Source of the DNA: Promethearchaeota archaeon
Lineage (GTDB): Archaea > Asgardarchaeota > Lokiarchaeia > Sigyniarchaeales > SOKP01
NCBI GenBank assembly: GCA_030603385.1
Contig: JAUVXW010000010.1
Coordinates: 34,737-98,736, forward strand
DNA: 64,000 bases
Reading direction: 5' to 3'
The translations under genes were made by a program, and so were the position numbers. This document shows, piece after piece, positions 18,067-28,470 of the stretch. A model generated the notes under the pieces. That model was not told the DNA's origin and made no database searches. It saw nothing but the letters and a program-made list of their open reading frames with translations. The first letter of the stretch is position 1. Every line of letters starts with the position of its first letter.

Positions 18067-19263
18067 TTAAAGCCGATTTATCAAAATTGTTTTTATATCC
18101 TTTTTGTTTAAATTAACAGGGTTATTTTTTAATCCCGCTTTTTCTACGATTTTTTCTATATCTTTAATATTTATACCATATTTACCTAGTCGTTCCAGTT
18201 TTAAGTCTTGAGTCCATCCATCAAGAGTATAGCCTAAAATTGAACAATATTCATCAATTTTTCCTTGTTCTACAAATTTATTACCTAATAATAATACTCC
18301 AATATCTGCATATTTTCTTAGCCCTTCTTTTCCACTAGAGCCCAGCTCTTGTAGTTTTTCTATATTTATTTTTGTAGCTTCTGCTAAAAGGGTACCACAT
18401 ATAACACCATGAGGAATATCGAATAATCCCCCAATAGGTCCAGCCAATCCATGGACAATTCCTAATCCCGCATTTGCTAGAGTAATTCCAGACATAAGTG
18501 ATGCATACGCCATTGCAGTTCGAACTTCGATATTAGATGCTCCACTTGAACATGCCGATAATAAATTTTTATTTATATATTTCATACCACTAAAAGCTAA
18601 AGTATCTGTCATTGGGCTCCCTTTAGGTGATACATAGGCTTCGAGTAATTGAGTAAAAGCGTCCATTCCACATGCTGCTGAAATTGATGAAGGACACGGA
18701 ATCATAAGCTCCGGATCTATTAGTGCAACATTGGGAATTAAATTATCATGTCGTAAGGATTTTTTGAAGCCTTTAGGTCCAATCTCGCTAATGACTGCAT
18801 TCTTGGTAGCCTCGCTTCCAGTACCAGAAGTTGTTGGAATTGCAATATAAGGAATTTTTTTCCCATCATGAGTTTTACTACCAACGCCTTCTAAATAGTT
18901 TTTAATCGAATCTTCTTTTGGAATCATTGCTGAGATTGCTTTACCTGCATCAGTGACACTGCCACCACCTATACCAACCACCAATTCAATATTTTTCTTC
19001 CGAAACTTCGTTGCAACTTCATCAATAATCGTTGGGGCTGGTTCATTAGAAATGGATATTAGTGAATAATTGAAAGATTTACTCTCTAAATTGGATGTAA
19101 TTTCTTCCCATTTGCCAGATTTTTTTAGTGAATTCTCACCAATTACAAAAAGGATATTTTTTCCGAATTTTGGAATAATACCATATAGTTCATTTAACTT
19201 TCCAGCGCCAAAAATTATATTGGGAATTCTTGCAAAACTAAAAGAGGGGATCATTTCTTTCAC
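18067..19263 (-). CDS. Iron-containing alcohol dehydrogenase
   Basis: GGGSVTDAGK, PTTSGTGSE, DAFTQLLE, GIVHGLA, HG. Confidence 0.92.
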   Translation of the reverse strand: MKEMIPSFSFARIPNIIFGAGKLNELYGIIPKFGKNILFVIGENSLKKSGKWEEITSNLESKSFNYSLISISNEPAPTIIDEVATKFRKKNIELVVGIGGGSVTDAGKAISAMIPKEDSIKNYLEGVGSKTHDGKKIPYIAIPTTSGTGSEATKNAVISEIGPKGFKKSLRHDNLIPNVALIDPELMIPCPSSISAACGMDAFTQLLEAYVSPKGSPMTDTLAFSGMKYINKNLLSACSSGASNIEVRTAMAYASLMSGITLANAGLGIVHGLAGPIGGLFDIPHGVICGTLLAEATKINIEKLQELGSSGKEGLRKYADIGVLLLGNKFVEQGKIDEYCSILGYTLDGWTQDLKLERLGKYGINIKDIEKIVEKAGLKNNPVNLNKKDIKTILINRL

Positions 19264-19391
19264 CTTTTCTATTTTTCCAAAGTCGCGAAATTTATTATAA
19301 TAAACTATGAATCTCTTTATAATAGGTAAGATTTATAATTTACTCTAGATAATTTTTTTTATGACACTATTTACTCCATTGGTGATTTACA

Positions 19392-19727
19392 ATTAAAAAA
19401 GTTCATGAAACAGATTTTGAATATAGAGGTGGAGAATCTGGAGTAAAATATCTTATGCGGGGGCCCTCGATAGACTGGGGGATTATATTACTCAAACCCG
19501 GGGAATTGATGGGTGATAAAGCACATGGACATAAGATAATAGATGAAACATTTTACTTCGTTGAAGGGGATGGAATAATGATTATTGATGATAAGGAGTA
19601 TCCCGCACCACAAGGGAGTGTGTTTTTATGCGAAGTTGAGGAAATGCATAATATTAGAAATGATTCGGATAAACCTATAAAAATAATTTTTATTAAGGGA
19701 GAATATAAACCTGAAGATAAAATTTGA
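19392..19727 (+). CDS. Cupin-domain protein (likely ATT start at 19392; first ATG at 19455)
   Basis: HGH...ETFYFVEG...EMHNIRN; open frame IKKVHETDFEYRGGESGVKYL upstream of the ATG, preceded by a GGTGA SD-like site. Confidence 0.8.
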   Translation: MKKVHETDFEYRGGESGVKYLMRGPSIDWGIILLKPGELMGDKAHGHKIIDETFYFVEGDGIMIIDDKEYPAPQGSVFLCEVEEMHNIRNDSDKPIKIIFIKGEYKPEDKI

Positions 19728-19769
19728 ATTTAAATTTCCAAATTAAAAATAATATATTAAAGAATAATT

Positions 19770-20165
19770 ATGGCAAAAAAAAAAGGGAAACCAGCAAAAA
19801 GAGGAAAAGGAGGAAGAGGAGGAAAAGGATATGGAGCACCCGTTATAACAAGAGTTAAATTCCCGAGTAAAAGACTAGGTGAAATGTTCGCAATCGTTGT
19901 AGAAATCCTCGGTGGGGAGAGAATGCGAGTGTTTTGTGAAGACGGAAAGCATAGGATAGGTAGAATTCGTGGTAAAATAAAAAAGCGAGTATGGGTTAGG
20001 CGTGGAGACTTAGTAATTGCAAATCCGTGGGAATGGGAGACTGAAGTTCAAGGTAAATTAGGTAAGTGCGAAATTTCATGGAGATATACAAGAGCAGAAA
20101 TCTCTTGGCTTGAGCGTAATAGAAAGATTCCTCAGATATTAGATATTGATAATATTTCATTTTAG
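19770..20165 (+). CDS. eif1a: Translation initiation factor aIF-1A/eIF1A
   Basis: EILGGERMRVFCEDGKHRIGRIRGKIKKRVWVRRGDLVI; basic N-terminal tail. Confidence 0.93.
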   Translation: MAKKKGKPAKRGKGGRGGKGYGAPVITRVKFPSKRLGEMFAIVVEILGGERMRVFCEDGKHRIGRIRGKIKKRVWVRRGDLVIANPWEWETEVQGKLGKCEISWRYTRAEISWLERNRKIPQILDIDNISF

Positions 20166-20348
20166 TTGACACTAATGTCTTTATAGAACAATTAGTTTAA
20201 AATTCTGCTTGCACAAGGTTCAAATGTCTAATAATGAGAAACTCGTTGAAAGCAAAATTTTATAATTTAGTAATCCCATATTAGCATATACTAATTTTTC
20301 TTTATAATTTATTAAAAACCTAAATTCAAATGAGATTCGTGAAAAGAA

Positions 20349-21107
20349 TTGCCAGACCAAAGTGAAGAATTAAAAGAAAATGGTAATAAGGAACTTAAGA
20401 TAGATGAAAGTTACTCAATGGAATCATTTGAAGATAAAGAAGAACTCACTACGTTATTCGCAGTCCGAACCACGATCAATCAAGAAAGCAATATTTTAAA
20501 GCAGATTTTTTATCGATTTAAGATCTTAGATGTAATACCTGATATCAGAGCTATGCTTGTTTCTCCTTTATTACCAGGGTATATATTCTTTGAGGCACCT
20601 CAGAAGCGTGATGTACAGATAGGTATTCAAGGTATTCCTCATATAAAAGGAAGAATCGTACAGAATATTAAATTAATCGAACTTAAACATGTATTATTAC
20701 CAAGGAGTGTAACAGAATATTTAGAAGGGGGAGATACTGTTGAAATAATAAGTGGAGTATTTGAAGGTGCAAGAGCACTTGTAATGCGTATGCCTCACGA
20801 CTCGAGTGCAAGTGAAGAAGTCGTTGTCCGACTATTACAAGAAGAAACCCCTATAACTATCAAAATTCATGGAGATTACCTAAAATTAGTGGAAAAGAAG
20901 AAACGTGTAGAAGCACCAGTACCTGAAATAAAAGTTTCAGCGGAAATTATAACCGATATAGGAACATCGATTACTTTCGAGGAAGAATTTGATGAATTTG
21001 AGGAAGAATTTTCTGAAAGCTACAAAAGCGACGAAGTTGAAGAATATACCGATGATGAAGATGAGGCTGAAGAGGAAGATGAATGGGCTAAATTTGATGG
21101 ATTTTAA
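20349..21107 (+). CDS. spt5: Transcription elongation factor Spt5 (NGN+KOW) with acidic extensions
   Basis: FAVRTTINQE, LPGYIFFEA, KOW GDTVEIISGVFEG; long acidic C-terminal tail. Confidence 0.88.
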   Translation: MPDQSEELKENGNKELKIDESYSMESFEDKEELTTLFAVRTTINQESNILKQIFYRFKILDVIPDIRAMLVSPLLPGYIFFEAPQKRDVQIGIQGIPHIKGRIVQNIKLIELKHVLLPRSVTEYLEGGDTVEIISGVFEGARALVMRMPHDSSASEEVVVRLLQEETPITIKIHGDYLKLVEKKKRVEAPVPEIKVSAEIITDIGTSITFEEEFDEFEEEFSESYKSDEVEEYTDDEDEAEEEDEWAKFDGF

Positions 21108-21340
21108 TAAAGAAATATTTTAAGCTTGGCAATATCCGATGAAGAAAATCACAAATATAGTTTAAAATTCAATTAAAAAATCTTTCTCGATTATTTTTAT
21201 AGGACTTAATTAACCTTTTTACAAATGTGTGTTGCGTTTACCTTAAGAAACTGATTAATAAGAGGATTTTTATATCTAAACTTTTATTACAAAAATATTA
21301 AGGCTATTTAAATTATTTATCGTCGAATCTATTGAGTTAA

Positions 21341-22093
21341 ATGATCAAAAATATCTTCATAATGAAAGGGAACACAGGCGAATTAATCTTTTATAAGGCT
21401 TACGAAGATGTTTTCAACGTAAAATTAACGAGCAGTTTTCTAAGTGCGATTTTTTCATTTGTAAAACAAACTCTAAAAACTGAAGAATTATCTGAAATAG
21501 AAGTAGGTCTTTTTCGATTTATTTTCGAAATTGAAAAAATAAAGCAGGATGAACTACTTTTTGCTTTATTTAGCGATAGAACAGATAATTTAGTTGAACT
21601 TAGAAATCAATTAAGAGAAATTAAAAATCAATTCCTTAATAAATTTGATTTAAATTTATTGACTGATAACTACGATGGCGAAATTTCTAAATTCTTAGAT
21701 TTCGAAAAGAATATTGATAGCATAATGGAAAAGGGAAATCAACTGGTTTCAGATGATATTAAAAATGATTTATTAAATATCTTTAATGAGTTGCATACAT
21801 TTTCTTCTTTTGTTGTATCTTCTGCATTATTAACTCAAACTGGAAGAGTAATTGTATCTAATTTAGAGCAAGATATACTTCAAGAAATAGTTAGACTCTT
21901 AGAGGGAAGATTTCTTTCTGGAAACTATAGAGTAAATGAACTTATCTCTCTAGAGAAATTTGGGGTGCTCTCATTAATGGGAATTGATAAACATTTTATC
22001 TCGGTTATTTTATTTAAAAGTAATTGCCCATTTGAAACTGGCCTTGTAATCTCAAAACGGTTTTCAAATAGATTACAGAAGTTAATTTGTTGA
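21341..22093 (+). CDS. Longin domain-roadblock/LC7 fusion protein
   Basis: N-terminal IKNIFIM..TGELIFYK...LTSSFLSAIFSF (longin); C-terminal VVSSALLTQTGRVIVS...ISVILF...GLV (roadblock). Confidence 0.7.
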   Translation: MIKNIFIMKGNTGELIFYKAYEDVFNVKLTSSFLSAIFSFVKQTLKTEELSEIEVGLFRFIFEIEKIKQDELLFALFSDRTDNLVELRNQLREIKNQFLNKFDLNLLTDNYDGEISKFLDFEKNIDSIMEKGNQLVSDDIKNDLLNIFNELHTFSSFVVSSALLTQTGRVIVSNLEQDILQEIVRLLEGRFLSGNYRVNELISLEKFGVLSLMGIDKHFISVILFKSNCPFETGLVISKRFSNRLQKLIC

Positions 22094-22289
22094 ATATTTT
22101 GAGTTTTTATGTTCGAAAAACGTATATTATTAACGATTTCATAAATACTTTTTTAACGAATCTCATATCTTTTTGCAAAAATTAAAAAGTAATTTTACTT
22201 TTTTCACTATTGAAGTAATTATTTCATTAATAAAATTATTATTTATAAAAATTGATATTTCTTAATTTAATTAATTAGTGGTTTAATTT

Positions 22290-23573
22290 ATGTCTAGATA
22301 TATGAACCAAGTTATAAATGACGAAATTCTTGAAAAACTTAACCTGAAGAATCGATATAATTTCTTAAATAACAATTTAATGGCTATTCTAACACCAGGA
22401 CAGTTCTCATATCTTAAAAAAGTTCAAAAATTTTGTATGAGGTTCGAAAAGAAGAATAATATTACTCACGGGCCAGAAGAAGATGTATATGATTGGATTC
22501 CGGCATTCGGGGCTGAAGGATATGTAACGAGAGCCCATAACTTCGAGATAGTTGATGTAAACTATGATTACTATGGTGCGGTGGCTGATTTTCTCAGATA
22601 TTTAGCAATTGATATGTTTGATACTCAATTCGCAATGGGAAGCGGTGCAACAGCTTTAGCTATAAATCCAATAGTTGATCACCATGAAAATATTCCAGAG
22701 AGACTTGAAGCTTTAAAAGATTTGGTGACAGGAGAGGCCTGTGGATGCATATGTATAACAGAACCAGAAAGAGGCTCAGATGCTGTCCATCAATTGACAT
22801 TATGTGATGAACAGGAAGATGGAAGTTTTATTCTCAATGGTGAGAAGGTTTTTAACACCAATGCACCCAAATCTAAATGGGCTGTAGCATATGCCACTGC
22901 TGAAAAAAATAATGGAAATCTCATGGCACAATTTTTAATTAATACAAATTGGGAAGGCTGGAACTGTGAAAGAGTAAACATCCCATGGACACCTAAACTA
23001 TATTTAGGACACGAGCATTTTGTGAACTTAAGAGTACCAAAAGAATATGTACTAGGTGGAATAGGTAAAGGTAGAGAACATTTATTCGAAGGTTTAGTCC
23101 TTGAAAGAATAGGGATTGCGTGTGGAGCTATATCCCAATGTTGGGGTGCTGTGACCCATGCTGCTATTTATGCTAATATGAGAAAGCAGTTTGATCAAGA
23201 GATTCTCAAATTCCAAGGTGTAGGATTCCTACTAACTGATCTTTGGGCACGAACAACTAACGTGACTCTAGGTATATTAAAATTCTGCGAAGAATATGAT
23301 AACAAGATGGAGAAATTTGGTGGTGAGATCCCCTCAAATATTAGCAGAGCAATGGTTGCAAGCGCTTCTCAATTTAAATATCATTGTACAAAACTTTCAA
23401 AAGAAGTATGTTATGAAGCCGCCAATCTAATGGGTGGCGCTGGGCTAAGTGACAATACAATGATGCATGATTATATAAACATCTCAAGAATACAAGAGAT
23501 TCTTGGAGGCAGTAGGCAAATACAGCAATATATTATGAGTCTAGCCTTAAGACAATTGTTTAAGATGCTTTAA
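22290..23573 (+). CDS. Acyl-CoA dehydrogenase
   Basis: ITEPERGSD, LNGEKVFNTN, RKQF, GG.G, EILGGS. Confidence 0.9.
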   Translation: MSRYMNQVINDEILEKLNLKNRYNFLNNNLMAILTPGQFSYLKKVQKFCMRFEKKNNITHGPEEDVYDWIPAFGAEGYVTRAHNFEIVDVNYDYYGAVADFLRYLAIDMFDTQFAMGSGATALAINPIVDHHENIPERLEALKDLVTGEACGCICITEPERGSDAVHQLTLCDEQEDGSFILNGEKVFNTNAPKSKWAVAYATAEKNNGNLMAQFLINTNWEGWNCERVNIPWTPKLYLGHEHFVNLRVPKEYVLGGIGKGREHLFEGLVLERIGIACGAISQCWGAVTHAAIYANMRKQFDQEILKFQGVGFLLTDLWARTTNVTLGILKFCEEYDNKMEKFGGEIPSNISRAMVASASQFKYHCTKLSKEVCYEAANLMGGAGLSDNTMMHDYINISRIQEILGGSRQIQQYIMSLALRQLFKML

Positions 23574-23698
23574 AATCCATTTTTTCATATTTTTTTCTTT
23601 TTTAAGTTGTTACTTTGAAATGAAATTATAACTCCTTTTAATTCATTTAATATTAATATAGAATAATTTAGTTTTATCATTATACAATAATAGATGAA

Positions 23699-25948
23699 TT
23701 GAGAATGGAAGAATTACTTAACATTGCAAAAAAAGCGTTTCCACCCGTATCTGGTTCAGAAAAAGTAGAGGGAATTCAAGACGAGGTTGAAATTTTATGG
23801 GATAAATGGGGTATCCCACATATCTATGCAAATTCAGTTGATGATGCGTACTTTGCTCAAGGATATATTCATGCAAGTCATAGATTATGGCAATTAGAGT
23901 TTTTTAAGAGAGTTACATCAGGAAGTATATCTGAAATCGTTGGAGAAACTACAATTGATATGGATAAGCATTATAGAATAATTGGTTTGCATCGAATCGC
24001 AAAAAAAAGTGTGGAAAATCTGAGGAAAGACCCAAATAATGAAACGTTGCAAGGTTTAAATTCATATGTGGAAGGAATAAATGCTGGTATTGAAAAAGCA
24101 ACTCAAAATCCACCTATCGAATTCACCATTCTAAATATTAAACTTCAAGAATGGAGCTTAGAAGATTCTCTTCGAATTATGAGTTTTATAGAGTGGGGAT
24201 TAGGTGGTTGGAGTTATACTCTAGAACTATTACGTGAACAATTGATTATGGATTTAGGTCTTGAGATGGCAGATAAGCTTATTCCACTTTATTCTGGAGC
24301 AAAAGTAGAAAAACCATTGGGTAGTAACGGTTGGGCTGTTAGCCCCCATAAATCAGAATCAGGAGCTGTTTTATTAGCGAATGACCCTCACTTACCACTT
24401 ACACTTCCTGCGATTTGGATCCTTATGCATTTAAGTTGTCCGGGTTTGAATACTATTGGCTCATCTTTCCCGGGAGTACCTAGTGTCGTGTTGGGACACA
24501 ATGAAAACATTGCATGGGGAGCAACAACTGTAACATCGGATAATGTTGATCTCTTTAAATTAAAAATAAATCCTGAGAATGAAAACCAATACAAATACAA
24601 TGGGAAATGGATTGATTTTGAGGTTATTGATGAACCGATAAGAATTCAAGATAATGTTGAACCGATTGATTTTAAAGTGAAACTTTCTAAATTCGGACCA
24701 GTTGTAGAATATATTGAACTTCAGACAAACGTGCATAAAATTAATCTTCCTGAGAAATACGCTTTACACTGGACTAGTTATGATGTGAATTTAGAAGATA
24801 CGATTGAAGGGTTTAGAACGATAAATTCTGCCTCTAATTGGCGTGAATTTCGTGAAGCTTTGAGTAAAATGACGATCACACCCCAAAATTTTATATATGG
24901 AGATATAGAGGGCAATATTGGTCATCAACATGGAGGAAAGCTTCCTTTACGAAAATATGGGGATGGAGCAACAGTGACTCCTGGTACAGATGAGAAATTT
25001 AATTGGAGTGGATTAGTACCTTTTGAAAAAATGTTTTCAATATATAATCCCGAGCATGGATTCGTTTATACAGCTAACTATAATGAAGATAAAGCCCCCA
25101 ATGACGTTTTAATAGCTCAAGATCGAGCTAAACCTTATCGCCAAAAAAGAATTAAAAACTTACTCCAATCAAAAGAAATTTTCTCAATTCAAGATTTTAA
25201 AAATTACCAACTCGATTATTTTACAGAAGAAGCACCAGAATTTCTACCTACGATGCTGAAATATATAAAGGCCAAAGCACATACAGAGGTTCATAAGGAA
25301 CTTATTTCACTATTAGAAAATTGGGATTATTTTTTAACGAAAAATAGTGTTGCTGGTACGATTTACAAAATTTGGTGTCAAGAAACCCTAAAAGCTATCT
25401 TAGTTCCTCTAATAGGAAAAGAACTTTTTGAAATTCATTTAACGTCCAACCCATTTGAGCTTGATAGACTCTTTAAATTATATGATGAAAAAGTTGATGA
25501 GCTTGAACAAACTTTGTTTACAGCATTCGAAAAAACAATAGATTTCTTAACAGAAAAATTTTCTTCAGATTTTACTAAATGGAAATGGGGAAATTTACAC
25601 AAAGTGGTTCTTACTCATCCGTTCTCTCAAGCTAATGAGGAAGCTAAAATGTTAAATATAGGCCCTTTTAAAATTGGTGGGGATGGAAACACGTTGAATA
25701 GTGGTTATTATGATCCAATCAATAACTATGAAGTTATTGCAGGGCCATCATATCGCCAAATACATGATCTCTCGGATTGGGATAAGTCAATAGGAGTTAT
25801 CCCTGGGGGTCAATTGGGATTACCTTTCCATAAGCATTACAACGATTTAATGAAATTATGGGTAAAAGGAAAATATGTCCCTTTATTATTTACTAGAGAA
25901 GAAATTTCTAAAAACCTCGAGGGAACATTTAAATTAATACCGAATTGA
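23699..25948 (+). CDS. Penicillin acylase family (Ntn-hydrolase, peptidase S45)
   Basis: DKWGIPHIYA, FAQGY, GSNGW nucleophile, LANDPHL, WKWGNLH. Confidence 0.93.
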   Translation: MRMEELLNIAKKAFPPVSGSEKVEGIQDEVEILWDKWGIPHIYANSVDDAYFAQGYIHASHRLWQLEFFKRVTSGSISEIVGETTIDMDKHYRIIGLHRIAKKSVENLRKDPNNETLQGLNSYVEGINAGIEKATQNPPIEFTILNIKLQEWSLEDSLRIMSFIEWGLGGWSYTLELLREQLIMDLGLEMADKLIPLYSGAKVEKPLGSNGWAVSPHKSESGAVLLANDPHLPLTLPAIWILMHLSCPGLNTIGSSFPGVPSVVLGHNENIAWGATTVTSDNVDLFKLKINPENENQYKYNGKWIDFEVIDEPIRIQDNVEPIDFKVKLSKFGPVVEYIELQTNVHKINLPEKYALHWTSYDVNLEDTIEGFRTINSASNWREFREALSKMTITPQNFIYGDIEGNIGHQHGGKLPLRKYGDGATVTPGTDEKFNWSGLVPFEKMFSIYNPEHGFVYTANYNEDKAPNDVLIAQDRAKPYRQKRIKNLLQSKEIFSIQDFKNYQLDYFTEEAPEFLPTMLKYIKAKAHTEVHKELISLLENWDYFLTKNSVAGTIYKIWCQETLKAILVPLIGKELFEIHLTSNPFELDRLFKLYDEKVDELEQTLFTAFEKTIDFLTEKFSSDFTKWKWGNLHKVVLTHPFSQANEEAKMLNIGPFKIGGDGNTLNSGYYDPINNYEVIAGPSYRQIHDLSDWDKSIGVIPGGQLGLPFHKHYNDLMKLWVKGKYVPLLFTREEISKNLEGTFKLIPN

Positions 25949-25997
25949 AAAAAATAATATTTCTATCTAACATTTTAATAATTAAAAAATTGAAAAT

Positions 25998-27299
25998 ATG
26001 ATTGAAATGAGTGAAAAAAAGCGATATAAAACTCAAGTAATAAATGATGAAATTTTAGAGAAACTTAGTCTTGAAAATAGATATAAATTCGTAAGAGATA
26101 ATCTAAGAGTAATTTTATCTGACCAACAATATAATTTTCTTGAGCAAGCTCAAAAATTCTGTTTAAATTATGAAACTAAAAATAAGATCACACATGGACC
26201 CGATGAGGATATTTACGATTGGGTTCCTGATTTTGGGAAAGAAGGATATATAACCCGTCAAACTCCATATGAATGTATCGATTTAAATTATGAAGATTTT
26301 GGAATTGCTATAGAATTTATGAGGATACTTGCTCTGGATAATTTCGATCCTCAATTTGCGATGAGTACTGGAGCAACAGTTATTTGTATCAATCCCATTT
26401 ATGCGCATCATGAAAATGTTCCTGATAGACTAGAAGCATTAAAGGAACTCGTCACTGGTCAAGAAGTAGGATGTTTATTAATCACAGAACCGGAAAGAGG
26501 TTCGGATGCAGTACATCAATTAACCACTTGTGAAAAACAAGATGATGGGGGTTTTCTATTAAATGGGGAAAAAATTTTTAATACAAATGCTCCCAAGTCG
26601 AAATGGGCTGTTGCTTACGCCACTGCTGAAGCAAATAATGGAAATCTCATGGCACAGTTTTTAATTAATACAAATTGGGAAAACTGGGAATGTGAACGGG
26701 TGAATATTCCATGGACGCCTAAGCTATTTATAGGAAAGGAATATCTTAAGAATCTAAGAGTTCCAAAAGAATATGTGTTGGGAGAAATTGGAAAAGGAAG
26801 AGAGCATCTATTTGAGGGTTTGATTCCTGAAAGAATAGCAATCGCAGTGAGATGTATAAGTGCTTGCTGGGGGGCATTAGCGCATGCAGTTATTTACGCT
26901 AACATGAGAAGACAATTTGAAAAGGAAATATTACTTTTTCAAGGAGTTGGTTTTTCATTGGCAGATTTATGGGCTAAGACAGCTGGTTTAACTCATGGTG
27001 TTCTAAAGTTCGCAGAAACTTATGATGAAAAACGTGAAAAATATGGAGGAAATCTGCCAGATCCAATAGCTCAATCAATGGTTTCTTCAGCAAGTCAGTA
27101 TAAATATAATTGTGCTAACTTAGCCAAGATAGTATGCTTTGAAACGGCTAATTTGATGGGTGGAGCGGGTGTATGCGATAACACTTTAATGCATGATTAT
27201 ATTGGTGTATCAAGGATATTGGAGGTTGTCGGGGGCACGAAACAAATACAGCAGTTTATTATGTCGAGAAGTTTAAGGAGAATGTTCAAAAACTTATAG
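25998..27299 (+). CDS. Acyl-CoA dehydrogenase (paralog of 22290)
   Basis: ITEPERGSD, LNGEKIFNTN; long identical blocks shared with 22290. Confidence 0.9.
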   Translation: MIEMSEKKRYKTQVINDEILEKLSLENRYKFVRDNLRVILSDQQYNFLEQAQKFCLNYETKNKITHGPDEDIYDWVPDFGKEGYITRQTPYECIDLNYEDFGIAIEFMRILALDNFDPQFAMSTGATVICINPIYAHHENVPDRLEALKELVTGQEVGCLLITEPERGSDAVHQLTTCEKQDDGGFLLNGEKIFNTNAPKSKWAVAYATAEANNGNLMAQFLINTNWENWECERVNIPWTPKLFIGKEYLKNLRVPKEYVLGEIGKGREHLFEGLIPERIAIAVRCISACWGALAHAVIYANMRRQFEKEILLFQGVGFSLADLWAKTAGLTHGVLKFAETYDEKREKYGGNLPDPIAQSMVSSASQYKYNCANLAKIVCFETANLMGGAGVCDNTLMHDYIGVSRILEVVGGTKQIQQFIMSRSLRRMFKNL

Positions 27300-27378
27300 T
27301 CTATCTAATTTTTTCATACTAAAGATATTAAATAAGAAAAGAAAATATAATTTTTATTAATTTTTTAATTTTAACTAC

Positions 27379-27612
27379 TTAATCTTCATCTTCATCTTCA
27401 TCATCTTCTCCCAATAGCGCCTCGATTTTACCTTCTACTTCTTCCACCTTTGCAGAAAGTGATTCAATTTCTGTATAGTTTTCACATTTTTTACATCCAT
27501 CATCCTGAAGGCATATATCTAATGTATCACATTTTTCTTCAAGAGCTTCTATTTTGTCTAATAATTCTTCTTTTTGCACCTCAAGTTGTTCAATACTCAT
27601 TTTTAACACCAA
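27379..27612 (-). CDS. Small acidic coiled-coil protein with four Cys
   Basis: Heptad pattern flanking CDTLDIC...CKKC; acidic tail. Confidence 0.6.
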   Translation of the reverse strand: MVLKMSIEQLEVQKEELLDKIEALEEKCDTLDICLQDDGCKKCENYTEIESLSAKVEEVEGKIEALLGEDDEDEDED

Positions 27613-27763
27613 ATAATATTAAATAAAATAGGATATGTTAATAAATTTTTATTCTTTAAAAGTTAGAATTTACAGAATACATAAATATACAATAATAAAT
27701 AGAACTTTCGCATAAACTAATATCAATGGGTAAATAAAAAAAACCATTGTGAAATTGTGAAAT

Positions 27764-28429
27764 TTAGGGTGTGTCCATAGATGTCTCTTCTTTTTTTCGA
27801 ATCTTCTTAATTATTTTCTTATAATTTTTAACTGAATTTTTAACTAAATAGTGTGTTTCTTTAGGGATATCCTCATCTTCAATTTCAAGGTCTTGAATTA
27901 TAAAATCTAACCCTAAGGTTAATTTATAGGATTCTTCAAGTTCATTCTTGACAAATGAATCTATTAATGAGGATTTTCCAACGGCAGCAGCACCTACAAG
28001 TAATATTTTGAACCTAAAGTGATTTGAATCAATAACTTCCCCTAACCTTGGTTTGAAATCTAATAATGCAGTTAGAGCTAATCGATAAAACAATTTATTA
28101 ACATTTTTGCTTTTTAATGCCGATGTTTCAATATATTCAAAAAGACTATATTGATTTACCATTTGTATTATTTTTTCACGAGGAAACGTTTCTCCAATGT
28201 CTTTTTTCAAATCATTTTTATTACCCACTAAAATAATTGGGATATTTCCAGACCGTTCGCGTATGTCATCAAAATATTCTTCGATTGAATCAAAAGTATC
28301 AGGGCGAGATAAATCGAAAACTAAACCTACCGCTGCAACTCCACTAAAAAAACCTGTTTTAAAGAACTCAAATCGTTCTTGACCGGCTATATCCCACAGA
28401 CTGAGAGTTAATTTCAAAAGAGATCTCAA
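27764..28429 (-). CDS. Circularly permuted Rab-like small GTPase (G3-G4-G5-G1-G2)
   Basis: Starts with WDIAGQERF, then NKND and ETSAL, then GAAAVGKSS and TLGLDF near the C-terminus. Confidence 0.85.
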   Translation of the reverse strand: MRSLLKLTLSLWDIAGQERFEFFKTGFFSGVAAVGLVFDLSRPDTFDSIEEYFDDIRERSGNIPIILVGNKNDLKKDIGETFPREKIIQMVNQYSLFEYIETSALKSKNVNKLFYRLALTALLDFKPRLGEVIDSNHFRFKILLVGAAAVGKSSLIDSFVKNELEESYKLTLGLDFIIQDLEIEDEDIPKETHYLVKNSVKNYKKIIKKIRKKEETSMDTP

Positions 28430-28470
28430 ATACTTTTGTTAATAATATAAATTAATTTATGTATTTTATA

